Shown here: one piece after another, positions 25,061 to 38,000 of the stretch
Position numbering within the stretch: position 1 is the first letter of the stretch
How the letters are laid out: each line of letters opens with the position of its first letter
NCBI GenBank assembly: GCA_965202585.1
Contig: OZ241826.1
Span: 43,710,001-43,774,000 of the forward strand
Reading direction: 5' to 3'
From: Thalia democratica
Taxonomy: Eukaryota
Length of the DNA stretch: 64,000 bases
Translations under genes and position numbers: made by a program
Notes under the pieces: generated by a model
Database searches by the model: none
What the model saw: the letters and a program-made list of their open reading frames with translations, nothing else
What the model was told of the DNA's origin: nothing

Positions 25061-28000
25061 GTCGCTTAATTAAGGTAAAACAGGTATTCAGTGAAAAGTT
25101 TATTCTTGTGTTTTATTAAGAAGGTATGCTCTAAAATCAATAAAAAAACAAAAACAAATAATATCTAATGTAGAACGCTGGTATACAAATCTTTATTTAA
25201 TAAAGTATTTAATTTGATAATGGCATAAATTTGGTTTTCTAAAATAATTTTTAATCTAAAAACGTTTGTTGAGCGTTTTTCAAGTAACTTAATAACTTTT
25301 ATGTTTAACTGTTCTATATTTAATACTTATAATAAGATAGTCTTAAGGTTTTTGAAAATTATTTAAACGAATGTTTTCTTACAAGAATAATAACTTATTT
25401 ATTTTTTAAATAGGCATAAAAACTTAAGAAGTAATTTTTTTTGGATTTTTTTTAAAGAAAATGTTTTTATGTAAAACTAGACATTTGTGTGCTGCTGTTT
25501 TTAGAACCAGTTGATCTAATTAGTTAAAATATTTCACTAGGTTTTAAGCTTTATATAATATTTATTTATATTTTACATCGATATATTAGAAACTACGTCA
25601 ATTGTATTAAATAGTACAATTTACTTTTAAACTTAAATTGCGCATGTTTTAAACACATAATATGTAAATTCGTAAATTTCAAAGTTTGAAACATTTTCTA
25701 TGTCTTGCTGCGACATTTGTGTAATAAACTTTATTTAAAGTTCTTTTCCAAGTGAACCTACCTTTAAAATGTTTAATTACTTAAAAAAATTGAGAATAGT
25801 TGTTTCATTGTATGTATACAACAACAAAGTAAAAACATAAATTATACTGATACTGACATGTTTTCTTTTTAAATTAAGATTGCTAACAAAAATAATTTGA
25901 TTAAATCAAATATATGTTTTTATCAATTAAAAATATTACAAAACTATTATTATGTGTAAACTTATTTCATATCCATTTTAAAATGTCAATCGCTCCCTGA
26001 ATCTAGCAATACATATAAAATACAACTTCAAATTTCAACCATTGTAAGCTTCACAGCAATTTGCGACACGTGCACACTTGAACAGTCGTGCAAACGGCAA
26101 GTTCAAAGACATAAGTGCTAATTTATTACACTTTTCCATAGCTCAATCGATACTTTTGTGAATAATTTAGTGAAGATAAGATTTTTCAAATCAATATGCG
26201 TTGTAAACGCTTTTGAAATGTTTAAATAGAACTTTTTGCTGTCGCAAAAAAAGCTAGAAAGTTATGCAACTTTAAACCGAGCGATGAAAAATTATTTTAA
26301 TTTAGTTAAAGTCAAATTTGTAAAACAGGATGCTTAATTTTTTTAAGTTAACGATTTTTATTAAGTTAAAAAACGTATATATTTTATAAATTAAAACTTT
26401 AGTTTAATAAAATATCTAAATATAAAAAAAAACTCTATAGTCATTTTAAATTCTAGTGAACAATTTAAAAGTTGATAGTTTTTTTATTTTTTCAATTATG
26501 AGCAAATATCGACTATAAAATAAAATTTTTGCTATACACTAATCAATCACCATATAAGATAGTGTTAATTTGACACTGAATAACATTCAGTATTATAAAA
26601 AAAACATTGTGTTGTTTAATTAAACTTTTTATTACAACTTAATGCTATCAGATACATTAAACAAAAATAATAAATCATTTTTTATAAACAGATTTTAGCA
26701 AAAAACTTATCAAATTAGAAAGCTTTATGTTCACAGAAAGAAAAACTTTTATTATTTGATTAAATAAAAAAGAATTTTTTTATATGCGCTAAAATTAAAA
26801 TATGTTTTTTTCAAAATATGAGTTAGTTAATTTTATTGTAAAAGCAAGTTATACTATCTGTTAATGTCAAAATTTATGACAATGGTTTTTAAAATCGTAT
26901 AAAGGTCGACTAGGTTTACCATAGCAAAATATTTATTTGAAGAAAAAACAACGAAAGATAAAAAAGGAACTTCGAGTTTATAACCTAATTAAACTAAAAG
27001 ACGATGTACGTTTACTTGCTTCTTCTTTTAACTCAATTAACTTTTTCTAGAAAATTTTGGATAGCTCACTTGCGTTTAACTGAGTAGTTTTTTGATAAAA
27101 AGAACATTTTTTGCTATTTAAAACAGTATTGATAAATATAAATAAATTTATTGGTCGATTGCAATATGTAACCTATAGTTTTAAAAAGTTTGTGCCCAAG
27201 AAAAAAAATGTTTGGAAAATAAATACTTTTTGCACTTAAGCCAAAACTAAATATCAAAATTTGTTTACGGTTTTTTCAGCAACAAACAACTTGTAGAAAT
27301 TTAAAGAATTAAAGTGCTAAACGGGTTTACTTGTTTCGAAATAAGGTTTCCAAACACCTTCATTTATTAGTAAAAATAGTAATGGGCGAGGAAAATTTTT
27401 ACGAAAAATAAATAAGAAGCTTAACTATTATTGAGTTTATTTTTAGATCGTAATTTTGCACGACTAAAACCTTAAAAATTGTTTTGTAGGCATTTTTAAC
27501 ATTACAAAGTCAAAAACGTTATTACTTTAACTAAAAATATTATTGTAAGTTATTAAGTATACAAAAAAAATTAAATAAAATCGTATTAAAAAAATAATCC
27601 TTAAAAATCATTTTAAAACAGGTAAAAAATTTTGTAAAAGGTATGGTTTTAGTTAAATCTATTTATTTACTAAAGTTCAAAAAAATACTATTGTTTATAC
27701 TTACTTTAATTAAAAATAAATCTAAAAATTATTTTATTTTAAAATTTATCTATATACCACCTTTTTTGCAAGACAAAGCTCTCAAACATTTCTGTAAACA
27801 AAATTACTTTACCCAGTCAATGCTGCTTAGAATTTTACAAAAATAGTTTTATGGGACAGTTAAAAAATTTTAGAAATCATAAAGTTTCGAGCTTACAAAA
27901 TACCTTTTTTTATGAATTATTGAACGATGGGTATGCGCTAAACTAGTCTTTGTTGTAAAAAAAGTAGTTTGAAAAGCTGTTTTGTAAGATTTAGTTTAGA

Positions 28001-28463
28001 AGACTATAAAAAACATAAAACTAGTTTATTGTTGTTTTTACCTACAGTTAATAACGTTAAAATTGTTTATTTAATGCCAAACAACCGTTTCTTTTAGAAA
28101 AACAATCTCTTAAAAGTTTGAGCAAGAAATAATTAATTTTAAATGTTTTTCTGGCCTAATTTAATTATTGATATCGAAGCCGTTTTACTCGCAATAAAAT
28201 CTCACAATTTTCTTGTTTACAAGTCATAACTTCACCTGCTAACATGATAAAACAATTGACGTTGATCCAGTCATAGCGTTGCAGCTGATATTTTGAAAGC
28301 GCAATCGATGATCTGACGAACTGATGACACGGCTTCTTGTTCAATCACCGTGTCAAGATTAAATTTTCGAAATTCGAAGGAAACGCACAAATCAATCTTT
28401 CATTGATTCGAGCGGGGATTTGAGGGCGGAATTCGCCGAAATAAAAAAAACAAAACGACTCAC

Positions 28464-29050
28464 CTATTTTATATATTTTCTGAAGTTGAGCTTTCTGAAA
28501 ACTTGTTCTTGTTGCTGACGAATGACGCTTCTTCCTTCTCCGCGTTTCAACTCGAAATCAACTGAGGCCGAGTGCGGCGTCACTTATGTGTAAGTGTAAG
28601 CAACACTTTTTCTTCTTCTTTCGCCTTCAATACGCCACAACTTCTTGCCGACCTGTTGCTGTTTTTCCTCAAAAAATGATATTTTTTCTGCACTTTCTCT
28701 ATCTTTTCTTAAAAGTAACGAGCAACCTAAATCCGTGGCCCTTGCGCCGTGACTCAACTACCCCTAAGATCATTTACTGTTGGTCACAACTGCTGTCACA
28801 ACTGCTTGACGCTACTACGTTGATGAAAAAAAAACAATATGATTCTCACCTCTTCCGATAACAGAATAACAAGCTGAACCACAGATGCCTTCGTCGCCGC
28901 GTTGGCTGGCTTAATTATTAATGGAGCGCAGTGTTACTATGTGCGAAAAGCAACACAGAAAGTAACACGAGACGCGAGGAAGTGCGGGAAGTATCTGCTC
29001 GAAAAAAAAGGTGCGAAAAGTGAAAAGTTGGGCGGTTTTTCGCCTACTGC
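28464..29050 (-). other. Probable Kv2 promoter and non-coding 5'UTR exons (about 29050-28850 and 28582-28464)
   Basis: CpG island with consensus donors GTGAGA at 28849 and GTGAGT at 28463, and an acceptor (cttacacataag) at 28583. The 119-nt exon has no ATG. A matching acceptor (gaccag) lies 14 nt upstream of the Kv2 ATG. The upstream boundary is approximate. Confidence 0.55.
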
Positions 29051-32005
29051 TTGATTACGATTTAATGAGCAGTTTCGTTAAAAGCTTCGGCTTGTTGCTG
29101 TAAATTGCTATGAGATTTGAAGGAAAATTGCTAAACTTCCGTGTAAAAAGCGATTTGTTCTTCGTAAAATTGTTTCGTTTGCTCATCGCTTTTTAAATGC
29201 TTACAGTCAAATGGTGTAAGTTTGAGAATTGATAAAAGTTTCAAGTTAGTACCATGATCCTTTTTTTGAAATAAAATACCTCTTAGAAGATTGTTATAAC
29301 CCTTTGTTATTGGTATAAACTGTTTAAACAAAAAAACTAAGGTTTATTTAGAATTTTTATATCTTTTTCGTCTTAAAAAACATTGTTTAGAAGTAAATCA
29401 TTGAGCTTGAAGTCTTATTAAAAAAAAACAACAATTAAACACATTGCATTTATCAATATCTTAAATATTCAACATTAAAAAAAAAAAAAAATAGAAAATT
29501 TATAACTTTTAAATAACTTCATATGATTGAAAAAACAAAGCTAACATAAAGTATGCTAAGTTTTTACTACTTAAACTTAACATAAGCTCATAAAGTAATA
29601 AAGATTTCCAAAAACTACAATTAGGTTTTAAAGAGTTTCATACCTAAATTTATCATTTTGTCAGTTTTAATTGTATACTACCTAGTAAAGGTTAATTGTT
29701 TTAAATTAAACTCCAAAATTAATTATTATTTGCGTCAAAATAATTGTATTTTTAGCTTAAATAAAAGCTTAATATAAACAATACCTCTTGAACCTTTACT
29801 GATTATAAAAGAGACAAAAATATTTATATTAATTGATTTTTTTACAATCAAGTAAGTTTATATCTACAAAATACTTTTTTTTTAGTTTGAAAAATATTTT
29901 AGTTTAACAAGATTAAAAACTGAATGCTACCTACTTCCGATGATTCGTAAAAATATTTCGAAATAAAATCCAATTTCAGAAATGCTGATAGAGATAGCTA
30001 GTTTTGTTTCGATTGAAATAACTTTAAGTTTAATATTTTCGACAAAAATACTTTGTTCATATTTGTTTAAAATATTAGTTGTTCATTTTAAGTTTTCATA
30101 TGCTTATTTTATTTAAAAATTACGAAACAAGCTAACAAACTAAAATATAGATAAGACTAACATTCTAAATTATTTTAGTGTTTGTAGTATGTTTGGAAAA
30201 GTATAAACAAAACTGTTTTTAAGTATATTTAAAAGAGCTCAAGTCAAAACAAAATTACAAGAAAGTATTTACGGCTAAACAAACAATTAAAGCTTACTAA
30301 TATTCAAAAACTATTTATTTTTAATACTTTGTTTGAATTTTTTTTTAATAAAATATTCTATTTACAACAGAAAAAAAATTGCTTAAAGTAGTTTAGTTGA
30401 CTTAATTTTATACAAATAAAAAGCAAGGTAAAACTTTACAGGTTCAAATTAAAGTTTTAGTTAATATAATGTATTATTGATAAATGTTCGTATATTCAAA
30501 CTAGGTAAGTTAAAATAGCTATGTATTTAATTTTATCGCTTTAGCACATAGTTTACAAAAAAAAACTTTAATTTGTATGTTAAAAACTTTAAATTGTTTT
30601 ATTATAGTTAACTTCTTTTATTTTTAAAAATCAGGAAATAAAAAATGATTTAAGTACTTATGTTAGAGTTAGGTTGAATTGCTTTTTTAAACAACGTTTG
30701 TTAAATCCAGTAAAGTAAAAAAAATTATAAAATTTCTAAAAATTTAAATAATTAATATAGATAGTTAATTTTACAAATTACCTCAAAATTCAATTTAACA
30801 AATAAAATTTATTTTGAATAAAGCTTTTTTAATACTTAATAATTAACACAACTTACATCTAAAAAACAATCACAAAAATAACTTTAGAAAATTTGAAAAA
30901 AAAATCCTATGTACATTTTCTTCATAGGGTAGTAATAGAAGTAATTGAAAAATAATTTCGTTTGTTTAAGTGCTAATTTAAAGCCTTTTTACACCTTATG
31001 TAACATAAATAAACTAAATAGCGTTTAAAAAACCAATACTAAGTTACCTAACTTTTTGATGAGTCTAGATTTATGTTACTAAACTTAAAGTTACAACAAA
31101 AAATTAAAAAAAAGTATCTTATGCTTTTTATACTATGCTAAAATGTGTGCAGGAATTTATATTTATATCAAAAGCTTTTTTTTTTATATAAATTTAAAAA
31201 ATTTATGAAAAACTCAACTAGATAAATGTATGGTTGTTTATTGTTGTTCAGCTAATTAAAAAAAAGCCATAAGGAGATTTATTCATACTTACTGTGTGCT
31301 CATCTTCGTACTTTCATTTAAATTAAAAAAAAACCTTTTTGTATAAAAAAACATCAAACATACTTAAGTTGTGTTTTGAACAGATAAAAACTTAATTATT
31401 TTATTGTTAACTTAAAGTTCGATTTTTAACTAAATTTAAACAATTTCTTAATGCTTAATTTTAAAGTTTTACTACTTTCAAACCTAATTGTTAAAGGTTT
31501 TTGTTTTATTTTATGTTACGGAAAATTTTAAAATTATCTTCTTCACAAAAGTTTTAAAACAGTTCAACTTTACTATAAACTTTTGTTATTAAATTTGGTT
31601 AAAGATCAAAAGGTTTCTTCGCTTATAATATCTAAAAATTAATTATTTAAGCCAATATTATTTTTTACAAACACTGTTTAAGTTTTGGTATAATTTATGT
31701 TCATCTGTATAATAGTAAACCATTTAAAATAAAAGTAAGAAAACTGCTTTAATTCTTTTTTTAAACTAAACAAATTTGAGTACTATAAAATATGTAGTAT
31801 TTATAACAAAATAGTTTATGACAATCCTTTTATATTATGTTCTATAATTAAGACAACTTGGTAAATTTTTTATATAGAGGTCAATCAAAAGTCCAAATGA
31901 ACAGTACCTTAGCTTTACTTTATGATACAACATAACATATGATTTAGTAACTTCTTTTATTTTTAAAGATTGAGATAAAGCAATGAAAAATTAGTGTAAG
32001 CTGAT

Positions 32006-35000
32006 TCATATCTGGCAGGGGTTTGCCACACTTCCAGGCCATTCACAAACATTATAGTCCGGGTTCCAAATAGTTCCATCAACGCAAACAAACTCGTACT
32101 CAATACCTTAAAAATTTTTATCAGAACTAGTTTTATAAAAACATAACAACAATATTTTCATATTAAATATTAAATTTACCCCATACGCATCGGTAAACTT
32201 TGCAAGTTGCTGGATCTTGTACGATATCTTCGTGCAATCCTTCGCAAAGGCTTGATGATCTCACTATAAAAATTTTAATTTTAAAAGTAAAAACGAGTTT
32301 CGTTCTTCTAAGATATTTAACATAAGTGACCAGTAATTATACAATAGGTTATACAGGACACACAATTTCAAAAACACTAAATATATTTTCAGCAATTCTC
32401 ATCAGTAGAGTACAAAGTTAACCAGTAATAAGATTTTACTAACTTATATAGTAACCAAGGAATCAAGTAATCATAAAGTAATCAAGAGATTAATAAAATA
32501 AAAAATTAATTAGTAACAGTTAAAGTCAAGTAATTTCATTTACGTTTTAATTGAACTACAGTAAAACTAAACATAAACAAAATGAAAACAATCTTTATAA
32601 GATATTAAGAAAATAAAGAAACAGTGTAGTCAAAATCTTTTAGGTTACATAAAACAGGTTTCCTTAACAAAATACAAATGGCTTCTAATTTAATCAAATC
32701 GAAAACATTACTACAAGTTTTAATAGTTTTAAATCTACATATATTATAACTGTTTGCACAAGTTGGATTATTAACTAAATGTTCTGCAATAGATAATCGT
32801 TTAGATGCGTTTAAAACTTTGACTGGTATATCATCTTTTTTGTCTGCAAAGCAAAAATTCTCAACACTTTTTGGTACATGCAAACCCTGCTGTCTTGATT
32901 ACTTTATGATTACTTGATTACTTGGTTACTATATAAGTTTGTAAAATCTTATTACTGGTTAGCTTTGTACTCTACTGATGAGAATTGCTCGAAATATATT
33001 CAGTGTTTTTGAAATTATGTGTCTTTTTAGATATGTTTATTATAATTTGTTATAAATTGATTTGTATAAGAACTTTAAAACGTTTAGTTTTATTACAATG
33101 TCGTTTTAAACTAATAAAATCTACCTTATTTGTTTAAGTTTAACTTTAGTATATAACACCAAGAATAAGCTTACTTAAACGTGAAACTGTGTAGACATTC
33201 AAAACTCTAAATTTAAATAATAAATTAAACAAGTTTTACTTGAAAATGTTTCACATCCAGGAACATTTTCAGGGTAGTCACACATGTCCGTGGACGGATT
33301 AAAAACAAGGTTCGCAGAACAGTTGAATAGAACAGCATTTCCTAAAAATAAATTTCACCGAAGTTTAATTGTCAGTGTTAAACTACAAAAAATAACTACT
33401 TTAATAATATCAGTATTTGTACTATTCAACAGAAACAAGGTAATATACCTAAAACGTCGCATTCATAGAATTTGGAGCAGTCTTCGGGAACTGGTAGCAA
33501 ATTTCCAACTTGAATTTGACCATTTTCTCCGACACAAACTTCTACAAGAGCAGAAAAGAAGTTAAAAGGGCTTAGATGTTTTATGTTTATGTCTTTTTGC
33601 TTTTAACAATAATAAATACGTGGTGGACTGTTTTGTCTTTCAAGTTTTTTTACAGAATATTAAATTTCATGTATTATATGTTTAGAATTTTTTATAATAC
33701 CTAAACTTTATGCAACAATTTTTCTTTAGAAAGATGCTTGTTTTTCTGCACGCCAACTTAAACACTGTTCTAAATATTTAAAAAGTAATTACTATTGTTT
33801 TGTTTTTGTTTAATGCTTATTAGTTGCTTTTTAAAAGACCGCTAAAAGTAAAAAAAAAAGTCAGGAACAATTTATACTTTGTTTGTTATAGATGTATCAT
33901 ATAGCTGGTTCTACCTGGCGGGGTGATGAAGAGATCAAGGAGGGCGGCGTTTGAAGCTTCAGCGGCGTTTCCGCTCTCGTCGACTGCCCTCATCGCAAAC
34001 CCGATCCTTGAATATTAGAAAACTTTTTTGAGAATGGATTCACAGATTAGGTAATAAACTGTTACGATATATTGCAATACGAAATAGTTATTAACACTTG
34101 TTTCGAAAATGTTCACTATTCAGGTTGAAAAAAAAAATTTAGACGTGATTAGTTTTTAAAATACATAAAAAAAAAAACATGTTTAAACACCATTTACTAT
34201 TAGTATGAAACTTAATTCTTACTTTAAAACCCCGCTGTCTTTCGGAAGATCGTCCAAAACAACATTGAAAGATTCTTCATTGCCGCTTGATGCAGGGGAC
34301 TTGAGATCACCAGAGATCAGGTTGCTTGGCAAGACTTCGTTTTGTTTATCAAAATCCAATCGGAGACTTCTTGCGTCGCCGTATGTATAACGAAGCTCGT
34401 AACTAGAAGCTGTCAGATTAGTATAGTTCTAAAATTTTGTCATACATCTAAAAAGTAATTATTATTAATTAACTTTTTTTAAAGATACTTTAGTAAAAAT
34501 TTAAAAGGTCGTTGAAGTTAAACTTTTTCTAAAGCACCTTTCCCAACATCGTAGTCATCACCGGGAGCCGTGAACATCAGCTTGAAGCCTTTTGTGACGT
34601 CAAACACGTCGAGTTGCTCGGCTGTGAGATCAATCACGCTTGCAGGTGGAAGAATGTCTTTTGAACCGTCAATTTTAGGTCTGAAAAAAACTTTTTGCAT
34701 GTAAAAGTTCAAACTTAAGTTGAATAACTTATAAAGAAATTTATTTTGAAATATGTTTGTCCACTTCTTTCAAAAGTTTGTTTAGTTTTTTAACAGTTTA
34801 AACAATACCCAGTATATTCAAATCCTCCAAGTGATTGAGTTCTTTCAAATGATTCTAAAAATGCAGAATCCAGTCCATCTATGTCTTGTACGGTAGGTTT
34901 CGCGTTTTGGTTAAGCTTTAGCGTACCTGAAATAAATTAGTTTCAATCAGACTTTAATAAATTTATAAGTTTGTTAAAAAACACAAACCATCTTCTGAAA

Positions 35001-38000
35001 CGACTCCAAAGTTGTACGCTGCAGTTGAGTCCAAAGTTTTACTGATTGTTGAGTTGCCTATGCCAGTAACTTGAACCTATTTATTCAAGTATTTTTTTAT
35101 TAATATTAAACTTGTTTATTTTCTGTCTGTAAAAAACTCTACGAACAATTATAAACGTTTAAAATTTTTATACAATATTTAATACAAACGTTTTACAACA
35201 CCCTTTATTAAAAAGATAAGAAACCTTCATTGAATATCTTCCGGTGGCTTTGTATCCGAAGAAGTATGCTGAGTACACGCCATCTGATTTACGGGTATCA
35301 GGCGCTGTGAATATAATAAAATATAAAAGTTCCTTTATTTAGATTATATTAATATTTTATCTTACCTGCTCCTCGGTCAAGAAGCTGCACACATTCAGTA
35401 CTTCCATCTGGGAACGAAACAGTTGCTACTACATCGACGTTCAAGATAGGTTGGAACCCTTGCGTAACCTGTAAGCGTTTTTTAATAAAAAAGTGGTAAG
35501 AAAAACGCAGAAGTACTTTATTATTTCGTAGCTAACCTGAGCATACAAAGTGATAGGCGTAGTTGTGTCCATAGTCGAACTAGACATTCCTGCCTTCACA
35601 GAAATAGGCTCCACATTTGGATCGGACACTTGCGAAGACACGCTCGCAGTTACTGTGTTTTTGGAGGAAGAAGAAGCTGTGTAAGTCCATGTTCCTGCCT
35701 GCATCAAAAATCCTTGAAATTATTTGACTAAATATAGAAATTAAAAAATTGCTTTTGAACTTCGAGTCTTATACCTTTTTTTTTTATAGTCGGAATATAA
35801 AACTAAATAAGCTTAAACTTTAAAATAAAACCTTAATGTATCTTGTTTGAATAATTTAACGTACTTTAAAATTAAAAAAAAAAAAAGGTTTACCTTGGCT
35901 ATTCCGGGAATTTTAAATTTGATAGATCTGTAGGTAGGATCAACTTCAGCCATGAGAGTAGTATCACACTCTGGTGAATGAGGCACAAAGGAGCAGAACA
36001 TGTTGTCGTCAGGATCGTAGAGATCCACGTAGGGAGCATCTGAGTTTGTGTAGGAGAAACTAAACACCGTGTTGCTGCCGACGGTTGAGTCGACAGAAAC
36101 TGAACCGGTGTAGTCTTGGTCCTTTTTGACTACAAAATCTTCGCTCTTTAGCTGAAAAGTATTTGTTAAGCAGCTGTTAGTAGGGACAAAACTACTAAGA
36201 TAGTAAGACTGAATGATAGCAAACTATTTTGCTGTTTGTTTGTTTAAGAGAAGCAATTAAAAATTTTTACTTCAAAACTTTTTCCTGTATAATTTCCAGA
36301 GTTATCTTCAGATACTTTATCAAAAAATTCGGTAAGTTCTATCAAGGAGTTTGCGTATGTCCAAATTCCTTGGGTATCGTCCGTTAGTTTTATCATAAAA
36401 TCGTTTCCTTCTTCTACTCCAAAAAATACAGAGTGAAACACGATACCCTTGATGTAGAAAATATTTAACAAAGTGTACAAGTTGTGTTAAAAGTACTAAG
36501 TTGTAAGAAGATAGTTATTTAGCTCAAAATCATATGGTTTGGGTTTCTAATAAATTTTATTAAACATATAAAAAATAAACTCCTAACAATAATACTATTA
36601 TTTTAGATGTTTTTAGTGTTTTTTTAATTTATGTATTTTTATTTAAGCAACTACAAAAAAAAGCATATTAAATTAGTTTAGAATCTTACCGCTTCAATGA
36701 CATCTAAACTAGATTGTGGTGGCCAACTCCTTGTTTGCTTTCCATCTGTAAGACAGATGATTTGGGATCCTTCAGTATTTCCAGAAGCTTTAAGCATCTG
36801 TTAAAATAAAAAAATGGAAATTAAATGGCTTAATATATCAATACTGTTACAAAAAACTTTATTAGATAAAAAAGCAATCAAATTGTTTACTTCCACAGCT
36901 TTATCTACACCCAAGTCTATGTAAGTTTCGCAGCAGACAACATTTTTCGGAGCAGGTAAACTCGACGAGAGCTTGTCGCGGTCGTCTTGGGAGTTGATTT
37001 TCGTGAGTTCGCTGTCGACTTTCACCTTTTTGTTGAACTCAATGAGCCCGACTTCGGATCCGTTCGGAGCGTAGTTCTTGAAGAAGGCGTCGGCGGCCTG
37101 GAGCGCGTTGAACATCTTTGACGCATCTCCCTTGAGGTTCTACAGAAATGATAGACTGTGATTTAAAGTACAGCGTAAGTCAGTTCCCGGGCTAGTTCAA
37201 AAATGGTTTGTTACCAAAAATACAATTTGTAAACGAAAGTTTTTTGTAAATTTAGTTAAGAAAACCAAGAACAAGCAGTCCTATTTGAGATAAACACTGA
37301 TAAAAAAATAACTGATAAGTTACAAAAACAACTAAATTAAAAAAAAAAACATCATATTTCATGCTGTCCGAAGTGTCAACGACGAGCACAATTTTGTCGT
37401 ACGAGTAAGGCTGGACCACGTTGAAGTTCGGCTCGAGATCGGTTACGCTCGGGTGCGGCTTCAGCCCGTCAAAGTCCTCGCTGGAAGTAATCACGTCCCA
37501 CGCGCTTCTCTGGCTGCACAGCCTGTTGTGCTCGTTGGGCGCCTCGTAGTTGTGCAGGTTGGCCGGGTCGCTCTGGTCGTCGTGACAGAAGTGGACCACC
37601 TGGTTGAAATTTGTTTTTGTAGGACTTTTGTAAGTTTTTAAATTGTTAGTGGGTATCTAAATTGAGATAGCGTGTCAAAAAAACAAAACTGTAATTGTTT
37701 TAGGCTAATTAGGAACTAAAATGCTTTGTACCTTTAAAACATTTAATTACTTGATGCATATAATCATAACTTAAAATAAAAAAGCAACAGTTTAATTATT
37801 TTTAAATATAACTTGATACATGTAATAATCATTATAAAAATAGTTTAATTATTTTAAAGTATTATTGTATAAATAAAAACGGAAAAATTTATATATTTTT
37901 TACAACTTTTTTGTTAATAAACTAACGTTTTCAAGAAAATGATACGCCATCATAGACACTGTGACGCCATACTGGTCTTCGTTCGGAACAAACTGGCATT

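Larger units (their letters stand above)
32327..33053 (-). mobile_element. 5'-truncated Penelope-like retroelement (GIY-YIG C-terminal remnant 32605-32883) with an inverted terminal repeat
   Basis: Remnant SIAEHLVNNPTCA..RFKTIK..FDLIKLEAICILLRKPVLC..DFDYTVSLF resembles the end of a PLE GIY-YIG domain. ~135-bp inverted arms lie at about 32355-32490 and 32891-33025. The segment is absent from the paralogous intron (empty site near 45045). Boundaries are approximate. Confidence 0.75.
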
